DNA of 64,000 nucleotides from Vicinamibacteria bacterium (GTDB taxonomy: Bacteria; Acidobacteriota; Vicinamibacteria; Marinacidobacterales; Marinacidobacteraceae). The DNA is taken from positions 992,001 through 1,056,000 of the forward strand of contig OZ219816.1 of the NCBI GenBank assembly GCA_964291235.2. The letters run 5' to 3'. The first letter of the stretch is position 1. Each line of letters begins with the position of its first letter. Both the position numbers and the translations under genes were made by a program. Positions 28,303 through 38,497 of the stretch are shown in pieces. The notes beneath the pieces are model-generated. The model made no database searches and was not told the origin of the DNA. It saw only the letters and a list, made by a program, of their open reading frames with translations.

Positions 28303-29783
28303 GCGCGTTGCTGGAAGGGCTGGCGACCGCGCTCCAGCCGGTGAATCTGGCGGTACTCCTCGGGGGCAGTCTCCTCGGAGTCTTTGCCGGGGCGGTGCCG
28401 GGTCTGAGTTCGACAGTCGGCCTCGCGCTGGTGCTCCCGGTCACCTTCGCCCTCGAGCCCACGCCGGCGATCCTCATGATGATTTCCATCTACATGGCGG
28501 CGGAGTACGGGGGTTCGATCACCGCGATCGCGATCGGCGTCCCGGGGAGTTCGCCGGCGCTTGCCACGACCTTCGACGGATACGCGATGACGCGCCGGGG
28601 AGAAGCCGGGCGCGCGTTCGGGATTTCCCTGTTCGCGTCCATGAGCGGCGGGATTCTGGGAACGCTGTTGCTGGTGGTGGCGCTTGGCCCGTTGTCCCGC
28701 GCGGCGATCGCCTTCGGACCGCCCGAGTATTTCGGCCTGGGCGTGTTCGGGCTGGCGATCGTGGCCAACCTGGTGGGGAAGGATCCACTGAAGGGCATCA
28801 TCAGCGCGTTGCTCGGCCTCGTGGCGTTCCTGATCGGCCTCGATGTGCTCACGGGTGCGCCCCGCCTGACGCTGGGGTCCACGGTCCTTATGGACGGACT
28901 CGGACTCGTGCCCATGCTGATCGGCTTTTTCGCGATCGGCGAAGCGCTCGCCGCGGTGGCCGGACGACGGAAGCGGGTGGCGGCCGCCACGGGAATGAAG
29001 GGTGCGCTCCCGGGACGAGGAGAACTGCTCCGGCTGTGGCGTCCGATCCTGCGCGGCTCGGCGATCGGCGGTGTCATCGGGGCGATCCCCGGCGCCGGGG
29101 CGACGATCGCGTCCATCGTGGCGTGGAACGAGGAACGCCGCCTGTCCCGCAACCCGGAGCGGTTCGGTACGGGCGAGCCGGCTGGCATCGCGGCCCCCGA
29201 AGCCGCGAACAACGCCTGCGTGGGCGCGGCCATGATCCCGCTGCTCGCCCTGGGCATTCCGGGTTCGGCGAGCGCCGCGGTGTTGCTCGGGGGACTCACG
29301 GTACAGGGGGTGGCGCCCGGACCGTTGCTGATGACCGAGCAGGCCTCGTTGGTCTATGCGCTCTACGCCGGATTCATCGTTGCCGTGGCGTTCATGCTGG
29401 TCGTAGGCCGTCTCGGGATTCCTCTCTGGGTGAAGGTGGTGAGTCTCAGTCCCCGGATCCTCATGCCGCTGGTGGTGGCGATTTCGCTCATCGGGGCTTT
29501 CGTCCTGCGGGGCAACCTGGCGGATGCCTGGTTCGCACTTTTCTTCGGACTCGTCGGTTTCTTCATGTTGCGGCGCGGGTATCCGCTCGCGCCCGCGGTA
29601 CTCGGGCTCATCCTGGGGCCGATGGTGGAGACGAACTATCGGCGGGCGCTCGCGCTGTCTTCGGGTTCCCACACCGTTTTCCTGGAGAGTCCGATCAGCC
29701 TGGTTCTCATTTTGCTCGCCGTCGTGAGCTTTGCGGCCCCGGCGGTGCGAAGCCGCCTCCGGCTGGGGCGCGAAGAGCGCTGA
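28299..29783 (+). CDS. tctA: TctA large membrane subunit
   Basis: GAVPGL, YGGSI, TFDGY.M, APEAANNA, LGIPGS, PGP.L. Confidence 0.9.
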   Translation: MSALLEGLATALQPVNLAVLLGGSLLGVFAGAVPGLSSTVGLALVLPVTFALEPTPAILMMISIYMAAEYGGSITAIAIGVPGSSPALATTFDGYAMTRRGEAGRAFGISLFASMSGGILGTLLLVVALGPLSRAAIAFGPPEYFGLGVFGLAIVANLVGKDPLKGIISALLGLVAFLIGLDVLTGAPRLTLGSTVLMDGLGLVPMLIGFFAIGEALAAVAGRRKRVAAATGMKGALPGRGELLRLWRPILRGSAIGGVIGAIPGAGATIASIVAWNEERRLSRNPERFGTGEPAGIAAPEAANNACVGAAMIPLLALGIPGSASAAVLLGGLTVQGVAPGPLLMTEQASLVYALYAGFIVAVAFMLVVGRLGIPLWVKVVSLSPRILMPLVVAISLIGAFVLRGNLADAWFALFFGLVGFFMLRRGYPLAPAVLGLILGPMVETNYRRALALSSGSHTVFLESPISLVLILLAVVSFAAPAVRSRLRLGREER

Positions 29784-29920
29784 ACGCCCGGATGGCGCAG
29801 GCTCCGTACACTGTGCGGTTTCCGGTCCGCGACCAGCGGAACCATGTACCTGCCGCGGCGCCAGACAACCGACTCGAATTTCCCTCGGAGCCGCCACCAC
29901 CCCCGAAGAAAGGAACAGCC

Positions 29921-31318
29921 GTGAGCGCGACCGCAGCCGTCTCCGATTTCATCCTCGAAACGACCGTCGAGGATCTTCCCGACCAACTCCTCGATGAGGG
30001 GCGCCGGTGCGTGACCGACGGTATCGGGGTCATTCTCGCCGGCTCGACGGACGCCTGCTCGCGCATCGTGCAGGAGCAGATTGCGGGGCAGGGAGGACAC
30101 CCGGAAGCGGCCATTCTGGGCCCCGCCGGCCTCCGGGCCCCCGCTTCCCTGGCCGCCCGCGCGAACGGTACCGCGGGCCACGCGCTCGATTTCGACGACA
30201 CCCAGCTATCGAACGCTCCGGATCGGATCTTCGGATTGCTCACCCATCCGACGGTCGCGCCGCTCGCCGCGGCGCTCGCGATGGCCGAGCGGGAAGACGC
30301 GTCCGGGCAGCAACTGCTCGAGGCGTTCCTCATCGGCTTCGAGGTGGAGTGCAAAATTTCGGAAGCAATCCATCCGCGGCATTACATGGAGGGTTTCCAT
30401 TCCACGGCGACGGTGGGCACTCTGGGAGCGGCGGCGACCGCCGCGAAGCTGGCGGGGTTGACCCGGGCCGAATTGGACATGGCGCTCGGGATCGCCGCGA
30501 GCCTTGCCTCGGGCATCCGCCTCGGCTTCGGAACCATGACGAAGCCGCTCCACGCCGGGCGAGCCGCCGAGAACGGCATCCTGGCGGTGGAGCTCGCGGC
30601 CCGCGGCTACACCTCGGGGCATGACGCGCTCGAGGCGCCGTGGGGATTTTTCCGGGTGTTTGGGGGCGGTTTCGACGCGGAGCGGCTGAACCTCGGCGAG
30701 CCGTACACCCTGCTCGATCCGGGCGTCTCGGTGAAGATGTTCCCCTGTGGCAGCCTCAGCCATCCGAGCCTCGCCGCGCTGTTGGACCTCATCCGCACCG
30801 AGGATCTGGCGCCCGACGACATCGAGCGGATTACCTTCCGAGCCGGGCGCAACATCCTGAATCCGCTCCGGTATCTCGATCCGCAGAATGCCCTCGAAGC
30901 CAAGTTCTCCGTGCCGTTCCTCCTCGCGAGCGCGGTGCTCCGGCGGCGCGTGGGGATCCCCGAGTTCTCGGACGATTTCGTACGCTCCCCCGGAGTGGTC
31001 GCCATGATGCGGCGGGTTGCGGTCGAGTTCGATCCCGAGATTGATGCGCGGGGTTACGACCGGATGCGGAGCGCCATGGACGTCACCCTGAGAAACGGTG
31101 CGGAGCACACCGTCGAGGCCGACATCTATCCGGGCGGCCCCGAGCGCCCCCTGACCCGCGAGGAACTGCGGGACAAGTTCCGCGATTGCGCCGGCGGCGC
31201 CCTTCCTGCGGACCGGATCGAAGAGGCGCTCGCTCAGGTCGAACGGGTGGACCGGATCCCGCGCGCCGCAGACCTGGCGGCTGTGCTCAACGGGGCTCCG
31301 GCGGGGGCCGCGGCGTGA
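29921..31318 (+). CDS. MmgE/PrpD-family protein
   Basis: NGTAGHALDFDD, HP, GFHST, GTMTKPLHAG, KMFPCG, AKFS; AAGGA RBS before GTG 29921. Confidence 0.9.
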   Translation: MSATAAVSDFILETTVEDLPDQLLDEGRRCVTDGIGVILAGSTDACSRIVQEQIAGQGGHPEAAILGPAGLRAPASLAARANGTAGHALDFDDTQLSNAPDRIFGLLTHPTVAPLAAALAMAEREDASGQQLLEAFLIGFEVECKISEAIHPRHYMEGFHSTATVGTLGAAATAAKLAGLTRAELDMALGIAASLASGIRLGFGTMTKPLHAGRAAENGILAVELAARGYTSGHDALEAPWGFFRVFGGGFDAERLNLGEPYTLLDPGVSVKMFPCGSLSHPSLAALLDLIRTEDLAPDDIERITFRAGRNILNPLRYLDPQNALEAKFSVPFLLASAVLRRRVGIPEFSDDFVRSPGVVAMMRRVAVEFDPEIDARGYDRMRSAMDVTLRNGAEHTVEADIYPGGPERPLTREELRDKFRDCAGGALPADRIEEALAQVERVDRIPRAADLAAVLNGAPAGAAA

Positions 31319-33258
31319 GGCTTCTCCCGGTCGCCGTGTTGGGCGCCGTTGCCCTCGTGGCCTGTGGGGCCGGCTCCGGGGAAAGGCCCGAGGCGGCTCC
31401 GAGCGCCCCTCCCTACGCAGCGGTGCAGGTCGAGGAGAACTTCTTACTCCCGATGCGCGACGGGGTGCGGCTCGCCACCGACGTGTATCGGCCGGGCCGC
31501 GACGGGGAACCGGTGGAGGAGCGCTTTCCGGTGCTGCTCCACCGCACGCCGTACAACAAGGCGTCCGACCGCCTGGCGGAACAGGCGCGCTGGTTCGCCT
31601 CCCACGGCTATGTCGTGGTGGTGCAGGACATGCGGGGCCTGTACTTCTCCGAGGGCCTCTTCCAGAAGTACCACGATTTCGATGCCCCCGACGGGTTCGA
31701 CACCATCGAGTGGATCACCGGCCTCAACTACGCGCTGCCTACGGTGGGCATGTGGGGGACCTCCTACGGAGCCCACACCCAGGCCGACGCCGCGAAGCTG
31801 AACCCGCCCGGCCTGGACACTCTGGTGCTGACGATGGGCGGTCTTTCGGACGCCTGGACCCACAAAGTCCGCAACCACGGGGCCTTCGAACTCGGTCAGC
31901 AGCTCGGCTGGGCGCACAGCCAGCTCGCCGCGGTGACCGACGAACCGAGCGTCCGGGCGCGGCTGGAGCAGGAGGGCCCCGCCGACTGGTTCCCGAACAC
32001 TCCCTTCCGGAAGGGCGAGAATCCGCTCTCCGCCGCCCCGAATTTCGAGGACTACTACCTTGAGATGCAAAACCACGGTGACTACGACGACTACTTCCGG
32101 GGCGTCGGCCGCAACTGGGCCGAGTACTACGAGCAGACATCGGACGTCCCGATGCTGCACGTCGGCGGCTGGTATGACTCCTATGCCCCCGGCACCATCC
32201 AGAGCTTTCTCGAGCTGTCCCGCGTCAAGTCGTCTCCCATGATGCTCGTCATGGGGCCGTGGACGCACGGGGGAAACAACCGGTCCTACGCCGGGGACAT
32301 CGAACTCGGAGAGGCGGCAGCCATCGAGGACTTCGCCCGGGAGTTCCATCTGCGCTGGTTCGATGCACGTTTGAAAGGCCAGGGCCCCTTCGCGCCCTTT
32401 GCGGACGACCGTCTGGAAGCCGCGTCGCCGGGCCCGGTGACCCTGTTCGTCATGGGGGGAGGGGACGGCCGGCGCGATGAGAATGGCCGCCTGTTTCACG
32501 GCGGCGCCTGGCGGACTGCAGCTACCTGGCCCCTCGAGGGAACCGAGATGACCCCCTTCCACCTGCGCGCGGGTGGCGGATTGACTCCCGGGTCGCCGGA
32601 TGACAGCGAAGGGTCCTCGGCGTACACCTACGATCCGGAGCATCCGGTCCCCACGATCGGCGGGGCCTTCTCGGGCGCCCTCAAGCGGGGCGGCTACGAC
32701 CAGCGGGAACGCACCTTCCACTCGCTCTCCGGCGGATCCGAGAACGGTTTCTTCGGTTCTGAAGTGGACGGCCGGCGGACTGCGGACCGCACCGACGTCC
32801 TGGTCTTCGAGACCGAGCCGCTTGCGGAAGGGCTCGAAGTGGTTGGGCCGGTCTCGGCGCGTCTCTGGGTCTCGTCAAGCGCGCCGGATACGGATTTCAC
32901 GGCCAAGCTGGTGGACGTCTATCCCCCGAGCGATGACTTTCCGGAGGGATTCGATCTGAACATCACCGACGGCATCCTGCGAGCCCGTTACCGGGACTCC
33001 CGGGAGGCGGAAACGCTGATGAATCCCGGTGAAATCTACGAACTGGAAATCACCCTCTTCCCCACCGCCAACCGGTTCCAGGCCGGCCACCGGATCCGCC
33101 TGGAGATCTCCAGCTCGAACTTCCCGCGGTTCGATCCCAACCCCAATACCGGCGAACCGCTTGGCCGCCACACCCGCGCGGTTCCGGCCGACAACGTGAT
33201 CCACCACTCGGCGGAGCACCCCTCGGCGCTCGTGCTTCCGGTACAGCCCGCGCGGTAG
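31315..33258 (+). CDS. CocE/NonD-family hydrolase (lipoprotein)
   Basis: MRDGVRLATDVYRP, RTPY, GTSYG nucleophile, GGWYD, GPWTH, SSSNFPRF; lipobox LVA-C. Confidence 0.9.
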   Translation: MRLLPVAVLGAVALVACGAGSGERPEAAPSAPPYAAVQVEENFLLPMRDGVRLATDVYRPGRDGEPVEERFPVLLHRTPYNKASDRLAEQARWFASHGYVVVVQDMRGLYFSEGLFQKYHDFDAPDGFDTIEWITGLNYALPTVGMWGTSYGAHTQADAAKLNPPGLDTLVLTMGGLSDAWTHKVRNHGAFELGQQLGWAHSQLAAVTDEPSVRARLEQEGPADWFPNTPFRKGENPLSAAPNFEDYYLEMQNHGDYDDYFRGVGRNWAEYYEQTSDVPMLHVGGWYDSYAPGTIQSFLELSRVKSSPMMLVMGPWTHGGNNRSYAGDIELGEAAAIEDFAREFHLRWFDARLKGQGPFAPFADDRLEAASPGPVTLFVMGGGDGRRDENGRLFHGGAWRTAATWPLEGTEMTPFHLRAGGGLTPGSPDDSEGSSAYTYDPEHPVPTIGGAFSGALKRGGYDQRERTFHSLSGGSENGFFGSEVDGRRTADRTDVLVFETEPLAEGLEVVGPVSARLWVSSSAPDTDFTAKLVDVYPPSDDFPEGFDLNITDGILRARYRDSREAETLMNPGEIYELEITLFPTANRFQAGHRIRLEISSSNFPRFDPNPNTGEPLGRHTRAVPADNVIHHSAEHPSALVLPVQPAR

Positions 33259-33277
33259 GCGGTCGTCCTCCGGGGAC

Positions 33278-34732
33278 TCAGTTCGCTCGCCGCTGGGCGA
33301 GGAGGGATCCGGCCACCGCGACCGCCGCGTTCAGGATCGCCCCCAGCAGGCCGGCGTGGATGCCGGCGATCTTTCCGTAGCCGGCGAGGGTGAGCCCGGC
33401 CGCGAGCAGGGTTCCGAGGACTACTCCGGTAAGCGCCGCGCGGGCCGACAGTCGGGGCCAGGTGAGACCCAGTAAAAAGACCGGGGCCGCCTGCACCAGG
33501 AGTTCCATCTTGAGTTCCAAAAGACCCCAGAGGCTGATCCGCGGCGTGAGCGCGATCGCCACCAGCACTCCCATGATGGCGAGTGAGAAGACTTTCCCGA
33601 TGCGGGTGATGCGGGCTTCCTCCACGGCGCCCCCCTGGCGCCGCCGTAGTACTGGGGCCACGAAGTCCTTGGCCAGCATCGACGAGAGGGTCAGCAGCAC
33701 GGAGTCGGCGGTGGACATGATGGCCGCGACCACCCCGACCACGGTCAGGATGCACATCCAGAACATCCACTCGGACTCGGTGGCCCAGCCGCGGAGCAGG
33801 GCCGGCAGCACCTGATCCGCCGCGACCCCGGTCAACCCGCTGAGCCGGGGGAGCGCCAGGATGCCGACCAGGAAGACCGGGAGGGTGGTGAGGAAGGGGA
33901 GAAACGCCAGGACGGAGAGCGCCTTCCGGAGCGAGGTGCCGCTCCGGGCGGCGAAGATGCGCTGGATGGCCTGGGGATAGACGGCGCCCGAAATGCCGAT
34001 CAACAGGAGGGTGCTCGCCCACGTGGCCTGCATCGTGGCGTCGGGGCGAAACGCCTTTTCCGGCTGGTTCTCGAGCACCCACGCGGTGGCCGCGCCGACG
34101 CTTTCGCCCGAAAACACGGTGGCGGCGAGCAGGCCGAAGAGGCCGATCGCGAGCAGGATTCCCTGGAGACAATCGGTCCAGGCGACCGCCCGCAGCCCAC
34201 CCAGGAGTTCGTAGCCGAGGATGGCGGCGGTCAGGACGAGGACGCCCGCGGCATAGGGAATCGCGCCGTCCGAGAGGCCCGCCACCACGTGCCCCATCGC
34301 CATGAGCTGCGCCAGCAGATAGTTCGCGATGGCGGCCGCCATGAGCAGATTGGTGACCCGGGTCAGTCCCGGATGTCCGAAACGGTGATCGAGCCAATCG
34401 GCGGGGGTCACGAACTGGTGGCGCTCGGAGGCGGCGCGGAGACGGGGGGCGATGACGAGATAGACGACGACGATGGCCAGCATGAAGCCGACGCTCATCA
34501 CCCACGGGAACCCGACCCGGTAGGCCTCCCCGGGATAGCCGACCAGGGTGTTCCCGCTGTACTGGGTGGCGTAGAGGGTGAACAGGAGCACCACGCCGCC
34601 GAGCCCGCGGCCCGCCAGGTAGAAGTCGGCGAGCGACTCCGAGGCGCGGGCGGCGCGGGCCCGGATGCCGAGGAAGGCCAGTACGGCGATGTAGGCGGCG
34701 AGAGCGGCGGTGACGGCGGCGCCGAAGCCCAT
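33278..34732 (-). CDS. Sodium:solute symporter (SSS, PanF-like)
   Basis: FYLAGRGLGG, ATQYSG, GGLRAVAWTD..QG, AAIMSTADS. Confidence 0.9.
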   Translation of the reverse strand: MGFGAAVTAALAAYIAVLAFLGIRARAARASESLADFYLAGRGLGGVVLLFTLYATQYSGNTLVGYPGEAYRVGFPWVMSVGFMLAIVVVYLVIAPRLRAASERHQFVTPADWLDHRFGHPGLTRVTNLLMAAAIANYLLAQLMAMGHVVAGLSDGAIPYAAGVLVLTAAILGYELLGGLRAVAWTDCLQGILLAIGLFGLLAATVFSGESVGAATAWVLENQPEKAFRPDATMQATWASTLLLIGISGAVYPQAIQRIFAARSGTSLRKALSVLAFLPFLTTLPVFLVGILALPRLSGLTGVAADQVLPALLRGWATESEWMFWMCILTVVGVVAAIMSTADSVLLTLSSMLAKDFVAPVLRRRQGGAVEEARITRIGKVFSLAIMGVLVAIALTPRISLWGLLELKMELLVQAAPVFLLGLTWPRLSARAALTGVVLGTLLAAGLTLAGYGKIAGIHAGLLGAILNAAVAVAGSLLAQRRAN

Positions 34733-34735
34733 CGG

Positions 34736-34951
34736 TCAGTCCTCGCCGTCGTCCCAGAGCCGGCGCGCCGCGAACGACACGAGGCAGCTCACCGCAAAGG
34801 TGCAGACCAGGGAAATCACTGCCCAGGAGGGCAGTCCGAGCACGATGGAGGGCTCCCCTTCCCCGAACCACCACGGAATCGAGAACCCGTAGAGCGCCGC
34901 GATCACCAAGAAGAGCCACGGGTGGTGCAGCGGATCCCGCCGGAGGCTCAT
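34736..34951 (-). CDS. Small 2-TM SSS-associated membrane protein (DUF3311/DUF997-like)
   Basis: IPWW....P..LGLP.W pattern immediately upstream of the SSS gene. Confidence 0.7.
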   Translation of the reverse strand: MSLRRDPLHHPWLFLVIAALYGFSIPWWFGEGEPSIVLGLPSWAVISLVCTFAVSCLVSFAARRLWDDGED

Positions 34952-35025
34952 GAAAGGCGACGATACGGCAGATTGCGCCGGAATGGGAAAGGGCTGCGGG
35001 ATACTTTCCCTTTCCGGAGGTCCCC

Positions 35026-36243
35026 ATGATCCATCGCCTGCTCGCCCTGTTCGTTCTTTCTGCCGGGATCGCGCTTCCCGCCGCAGCCCAGGATCCCGAC
35101 CTGGCACTCGTGGGCGGTTCCGTATTGGACGTACGCGACGGGACCATGTCTCGGGCGAACGTGCTGATCGGAAATGGACGGATCCTCTCCGTCGGACCGG
35201 AAGACCCACCGGCGGGAGTTGAGACTCTGGACGTGAGCGGGAAGTTCGTGCTGCCCGGATTCATCGATGCGCATACCCACGCCACCCAGCTCTCCCAGGT
35301 GCGGCGCGCGCTGGAGTCTGGAGCGACGACGCTCCGCAGCGCCAGCGTGGGTTCCTATCGGGACGTGGCCATCGGGCGCATGGTCGCTGCCGGGCACCTC
35401 GCGGGACCGGACTATCTCGGGGCCGGGATTTTCATCACCACCAACATTCAGGACGCCCGGCTCGCCTCGGAGAGTCTCTACGGGATTGCCGATGACATCC
35501 AGAGCGAAGCGGATCTGCGCCTGCTGGTCCGCGTGAACGCGGAAAACGGAGTCCGGGCGGTCAAGACCCGGGCCACCGAGCGCGCGGGGCTTCCGAACAC
35601 GGATCCCCGCAAGCAGGTGTACTCGGAAGCGCAGCTCCGAGCCGTTGTCGAAGAAGCGACGGCCCTCGGTATTCCGGTCCTCTGCCACGCGCACGGAGAC
35701 GAGGGCGCCCGTGCCGCGGTGCTCGCCGGGGTGGCGAGCATCGAGCACGGCACCTTCCTGACCCGGGAGACGCTCGAGCTGATGGCCGAGCGGGGGACCG
35801 CGCTCGTCCCCACCTACACCACGCTCATCGATCTGGACGAGGTCGGCGGAGACTATGACCACCCGGTGCTGACGCTGCGGGCCGACTTCATGGTGCCCCG
35901 CATGGAGCGGACAATGCGGATGGCCCAGGAGATCGGCGTCCGGCTGATCGCCGGCAGCGACACCAGCTACGGACCGGAGAGCGTCAGCCGGATCGGTGTC
36001 GAGGTCGCGAACTTCGTGAAGGTCGGCCTGAGTCCCATCGAGGCCATCCGCGGAGCGACGCTCTACAGCGCGGAACTGCTCGGCATCGCGGAGGACACCG
36101 GGGTGGTCGAGCCCGGAAAGGAGGCGGACCTGATCGTGGTGGTGGAGGATCCGCTCGAACACATCGCGGCGATTCAGGACGTGGTGGCGGTGGTCTCGAA
36201 CGGCCGTCTCGCAGTGAACCGGCTCCCGTTCGAGGTCGAGTAG
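35026..36243 (+). CDS. Exported metal-dependent amidohydrolase (Xaa-Pro dipeptidase-like)
   Basis: LPGFIDAHTH, HAHG, SIEHG, AGSD, GKEADL; signal peptide. Confidence 0.88.
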   Translation: MIHRLLALFVLSAGIALPAAAQDPDLALVGGSVLDVRDGTMSRANVLIGNGRILSVGPEDPPAGVETLDVSGKFVLPGFIDAHTHATQLSQVRRALESGATTLRSASVGSYRDVAIGRMVAAGHLAGPDYLGAGIFITTNIQDARLASESLYGIADDIQSEADLRLLVRVNAENGVRAVKTRATERAGLPNTDPRKQVYSEAQLRAVVEEATALGIPVLCHAHGDEGARAAVLAGVASIEHGTFLTRETLELMAERGTALVPTYTTLIDLDEVGGDYDHPVLTLRADFMVPRMERTMRMAQEIGVRLIAGSDTSYGPESVSRIGVEVANFVKVGLSPIEAIRGATLYSAELLGIAEDTGVVEPGKEADLIVVVEDPLEHIAAIQDVVAVVSNGRLAVNRLPFEVE

Positions 36244-36375
36244 CCACGGGAGCGGACCGGGTGGCGAACGCCTTGACCGCCCGGCCCGCCGGAATCACGA
36301 ACCCCCGCACCCGAGCCGAATAGGGTGGCGGCCCGGGAGTGCGCGGCCGGCGCCAGGCTTCGGCGAGCCCCTCAC

Positions 36376-37029
36376 TCACTCCTTTCGGAAGACCCTCTCG
36401 ATCCGCACCGGCGGCGTCAGCTGCTGGGCTTCATACGGCGCCGAGTGGATCGCCCGCACCACGTCCATCCCCTCGATCACCCTGCCGAACGCCGCGAATC
36501 CCTGCCCGTCAGGGTTCCGCATGCCTCCGAAATCGAGTGACGGCTGGTCACCGACGCAGATGAAGAAGCTGTGGGTGGCCGTGTCCGGGCCGGTCCGCCC
36601 CATGGAGATCGCGCCGTCAACATGCATGAGCCCCGTCTCCCTGGTGCGCTCCAGCTCGATCGCGGGAAAGAGGTCCACCGCCGCGTCGGGATTCCGGCCG
36701 CCCTGGATGACCGCGATCCGGATGGAGTCGTTGGGCTGGTTTCCGGCGTGCACGGTGCGGAAGAAAGTGCCGCCGTCGTAGTGCCCACCGTCCAGGTAGC
36801 GGAGAAAGTTCCCCGCGGTGACGGGAGCCCGGCCGGCGTCAACTTCCAGTTCGATGGCGCCCATCTCGGTTTCCACAACGACCCGTACCAGGTCGGCGGA
36901 CCCGGGCGTGGCGACCGCCACGCCACCGGCCGTGAGCGCCAGCACGGAGAGGAGGGCGGCCATCGTCCGTCGCGAGGTGGCGCGGACGGATCCGTGCCGA
37001 GGGGGCCACTCCAGGTGAGATCTCCGCAT
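36376..37029 (-). CDS. Exported cyclophilin-type peptidyl-prolyl isomerase
   Basis: AP.TA.NFL.Y, IQGG, H..GAISMGR, FFI, FGRVIEGMDVV; start may be at 36963. Confidence 0.88.
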   Translation of the reverse strand: MRRSHLEWPPRHGSVRATSRRTMAALLSVLALTAGGVAVATPGSADLVRVVVETEMGAIELEVDAGRAPVTAGNFLRYLDGGHYDGGTFFRTVHAGNQPNDSIRIAVIQGGRNPDAAVDLFPAIELERTRETGLMHVDGAISMGRTGPDTATHSFFICVGDQPSLDFGGMRNPDGQGFAAFGRVIEGMDVVRAIHSAPYEAQQLTPPVRIERVFRKE

Positions 37030-37306
37030 TGGTTCTCCTTGTTTCGCCGATGTGATCGGCGTCTCGCCAAGGGTACCGACCTTTGTGCGGCGGAGGCGCT
37101 CGCGATCATGACGCGGTAGATCGGCACGATTGGGAAACGCCGCGAGGAAGCCTGCGCGGAAGCACAGCTTGGCCCTCGCCGAGCGCCGACGCCTCTGGCG
37201 CCACCAGTTCCTGAACGATCCGGCGTTTTGAGCGTCTGGCGGATGGGCAGGGTGACGGCCCCCGGGAGATCCGCGGACCCCAGCGTGCGGAACGGCGTTT
37301 CGTCAG

Positions 37307-38497
37307 GTGCTGGAAGTAGAATTGGAGGTGTTGACACCGCCTTCCGTTCCGATTCGGGATACCGAAACCCAGGCCGAAATCCGGCGAGCCGTCCGGGAGT
37401 TCGCAGCCACCGAGATCCTCCCGCATGCCTCGCGTTGGGACGAGGAGGAGTCCTTCCCCGGGGAAACCGTCCGGAAACTCGGCGAGTTGGGCTTTCTGGG
37501 TCCCATCTTTCCCGCGAAGTACGGCGGCGCCGGTTTCAACTACACCGAGTACGCGGTGCTCATCGAGGAACTGGCGCGTGCCGACGCCTCGGTGGCGATC
37601 ACGGTCGCGGCGCACGTTTCGCTGGCCGCCAACCACATCTACGAGCAGGGGACGGAAGAACAGAAGACGAAGTTCCTGGGGCCGCTCGCGTCGGGGGAGG
37701 CGCTCGGAGCGTGGAGCCTCACCGAACCCGGGGCGGGAAGCGATGCGGGCGGGACCCGTACCACGGCGGTCCGGGACGGTGACGGCTGGGTCCTGAACGG
37801 GAGCAAGACCTTCACCACGAATGGCTCGCAGGCGGACATTGCCGTCTGCATGGCGTCCACCCATCCCGCCCGCAAGACCCACGGGATAACGGCGTTCATC
37901 GTCGAGAGGGGTACTCCGGGCTTCCGCACCGGCAGGAAGGAAAAGAAGCTCGGCCACCGGGCGTCGGACACCTCCGAGATGGTGTTCGACGACTGCCGGG
38001 TGCCTGACGAGAACGTGCTCGGAGCGGTGGACGCCGGGTTCATGGGAGCGATGAAGGTGCTCGACGGCGGCCGCATCAGCATCGCGGCGCTCTCGCTCGG
38101 CATCGCCCAGGCCGCACTGGAATGCGCAGTGGACTATGCGAAGGAGCGGCGCCAATTCGACCGGCCCATCAGCGACTTCCAGGGAGTGCGGTTTCCGCTT
38201 GCGGATTCCAAGTTGGAAATCGACGCGTCGCATCTCCTGATCCAGCGAGCCGCGGCGATGAAGGACTCGGGCGCGACGACGACGAGCGAATCGGCGATGG
38301 CCAAGTTGCAGGCGAGCGAGACGGCGGTGCGGGTTACCAACCGCGCCGTCCAGGTCCTGGGGGGATACGGCTATACGCGGGAGTATCCGGCGGAGCGCTA
38401 TCTGCGGGACGCGAAGCTCATGACGATCGGGGAGGGAACCTCGGAGATACAGCGATTGATCATCGCCCGGCCCCTCCTCGGCCGGATCGGCGGTTGA
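37307..38497 (+). CDS. Acyl-CoA dehydrogenase (short/branched-chain type)
   Basis: [49 protein letters not shown]; start may be at 37328. Confidence 0.92.
   Translation: MLEVELEVLTPPSVPIRDTETQAEIRRAVREFAATEILPHASRWDEEESFPGETVRKLGELGFLGPIFPAKYGGAGFNYTEYAVLIEELARADASVAITVAAHVSLAANHIYEQGTEEQKTKFLGPLASGEALGAWSLTEPGAGSDAGGTRTTAVRDGDGWVLNGSKTFTTNGSQADIAVCMASTHPARKTHGITAFIVERGTPGFRTGRKEKKLGHRASDTSEMVFDDCRVPDENVLGAVDAGFMGAMKVLDGGRISIAALSLGIAQAALECAVDYAKERRQFDRPISDFQGVRFPLADSKLEIDASHLLIQRAAAMKDSGATTTSESAMAKLQASETAVRVTNRAVQVLGGYGYTREYPAERYLRDAKLMTIGEGTSEIQRLIIARPLLGRIGG

Noticed and set aside
28160-29920. Long N-terminal extension making a 1052-aa MmgE/PrpD protein
   Set aside because: Alternative frame over tctA with Arg/Gly/Pro-rich composition; an RBS and GTG at 29921 give a normal-length protein
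33036-35285. 749-aa minus-strand ORF
   Set aside because: Off-frame overlap of the SSS transporter and its small partner gene; low-complexity translation
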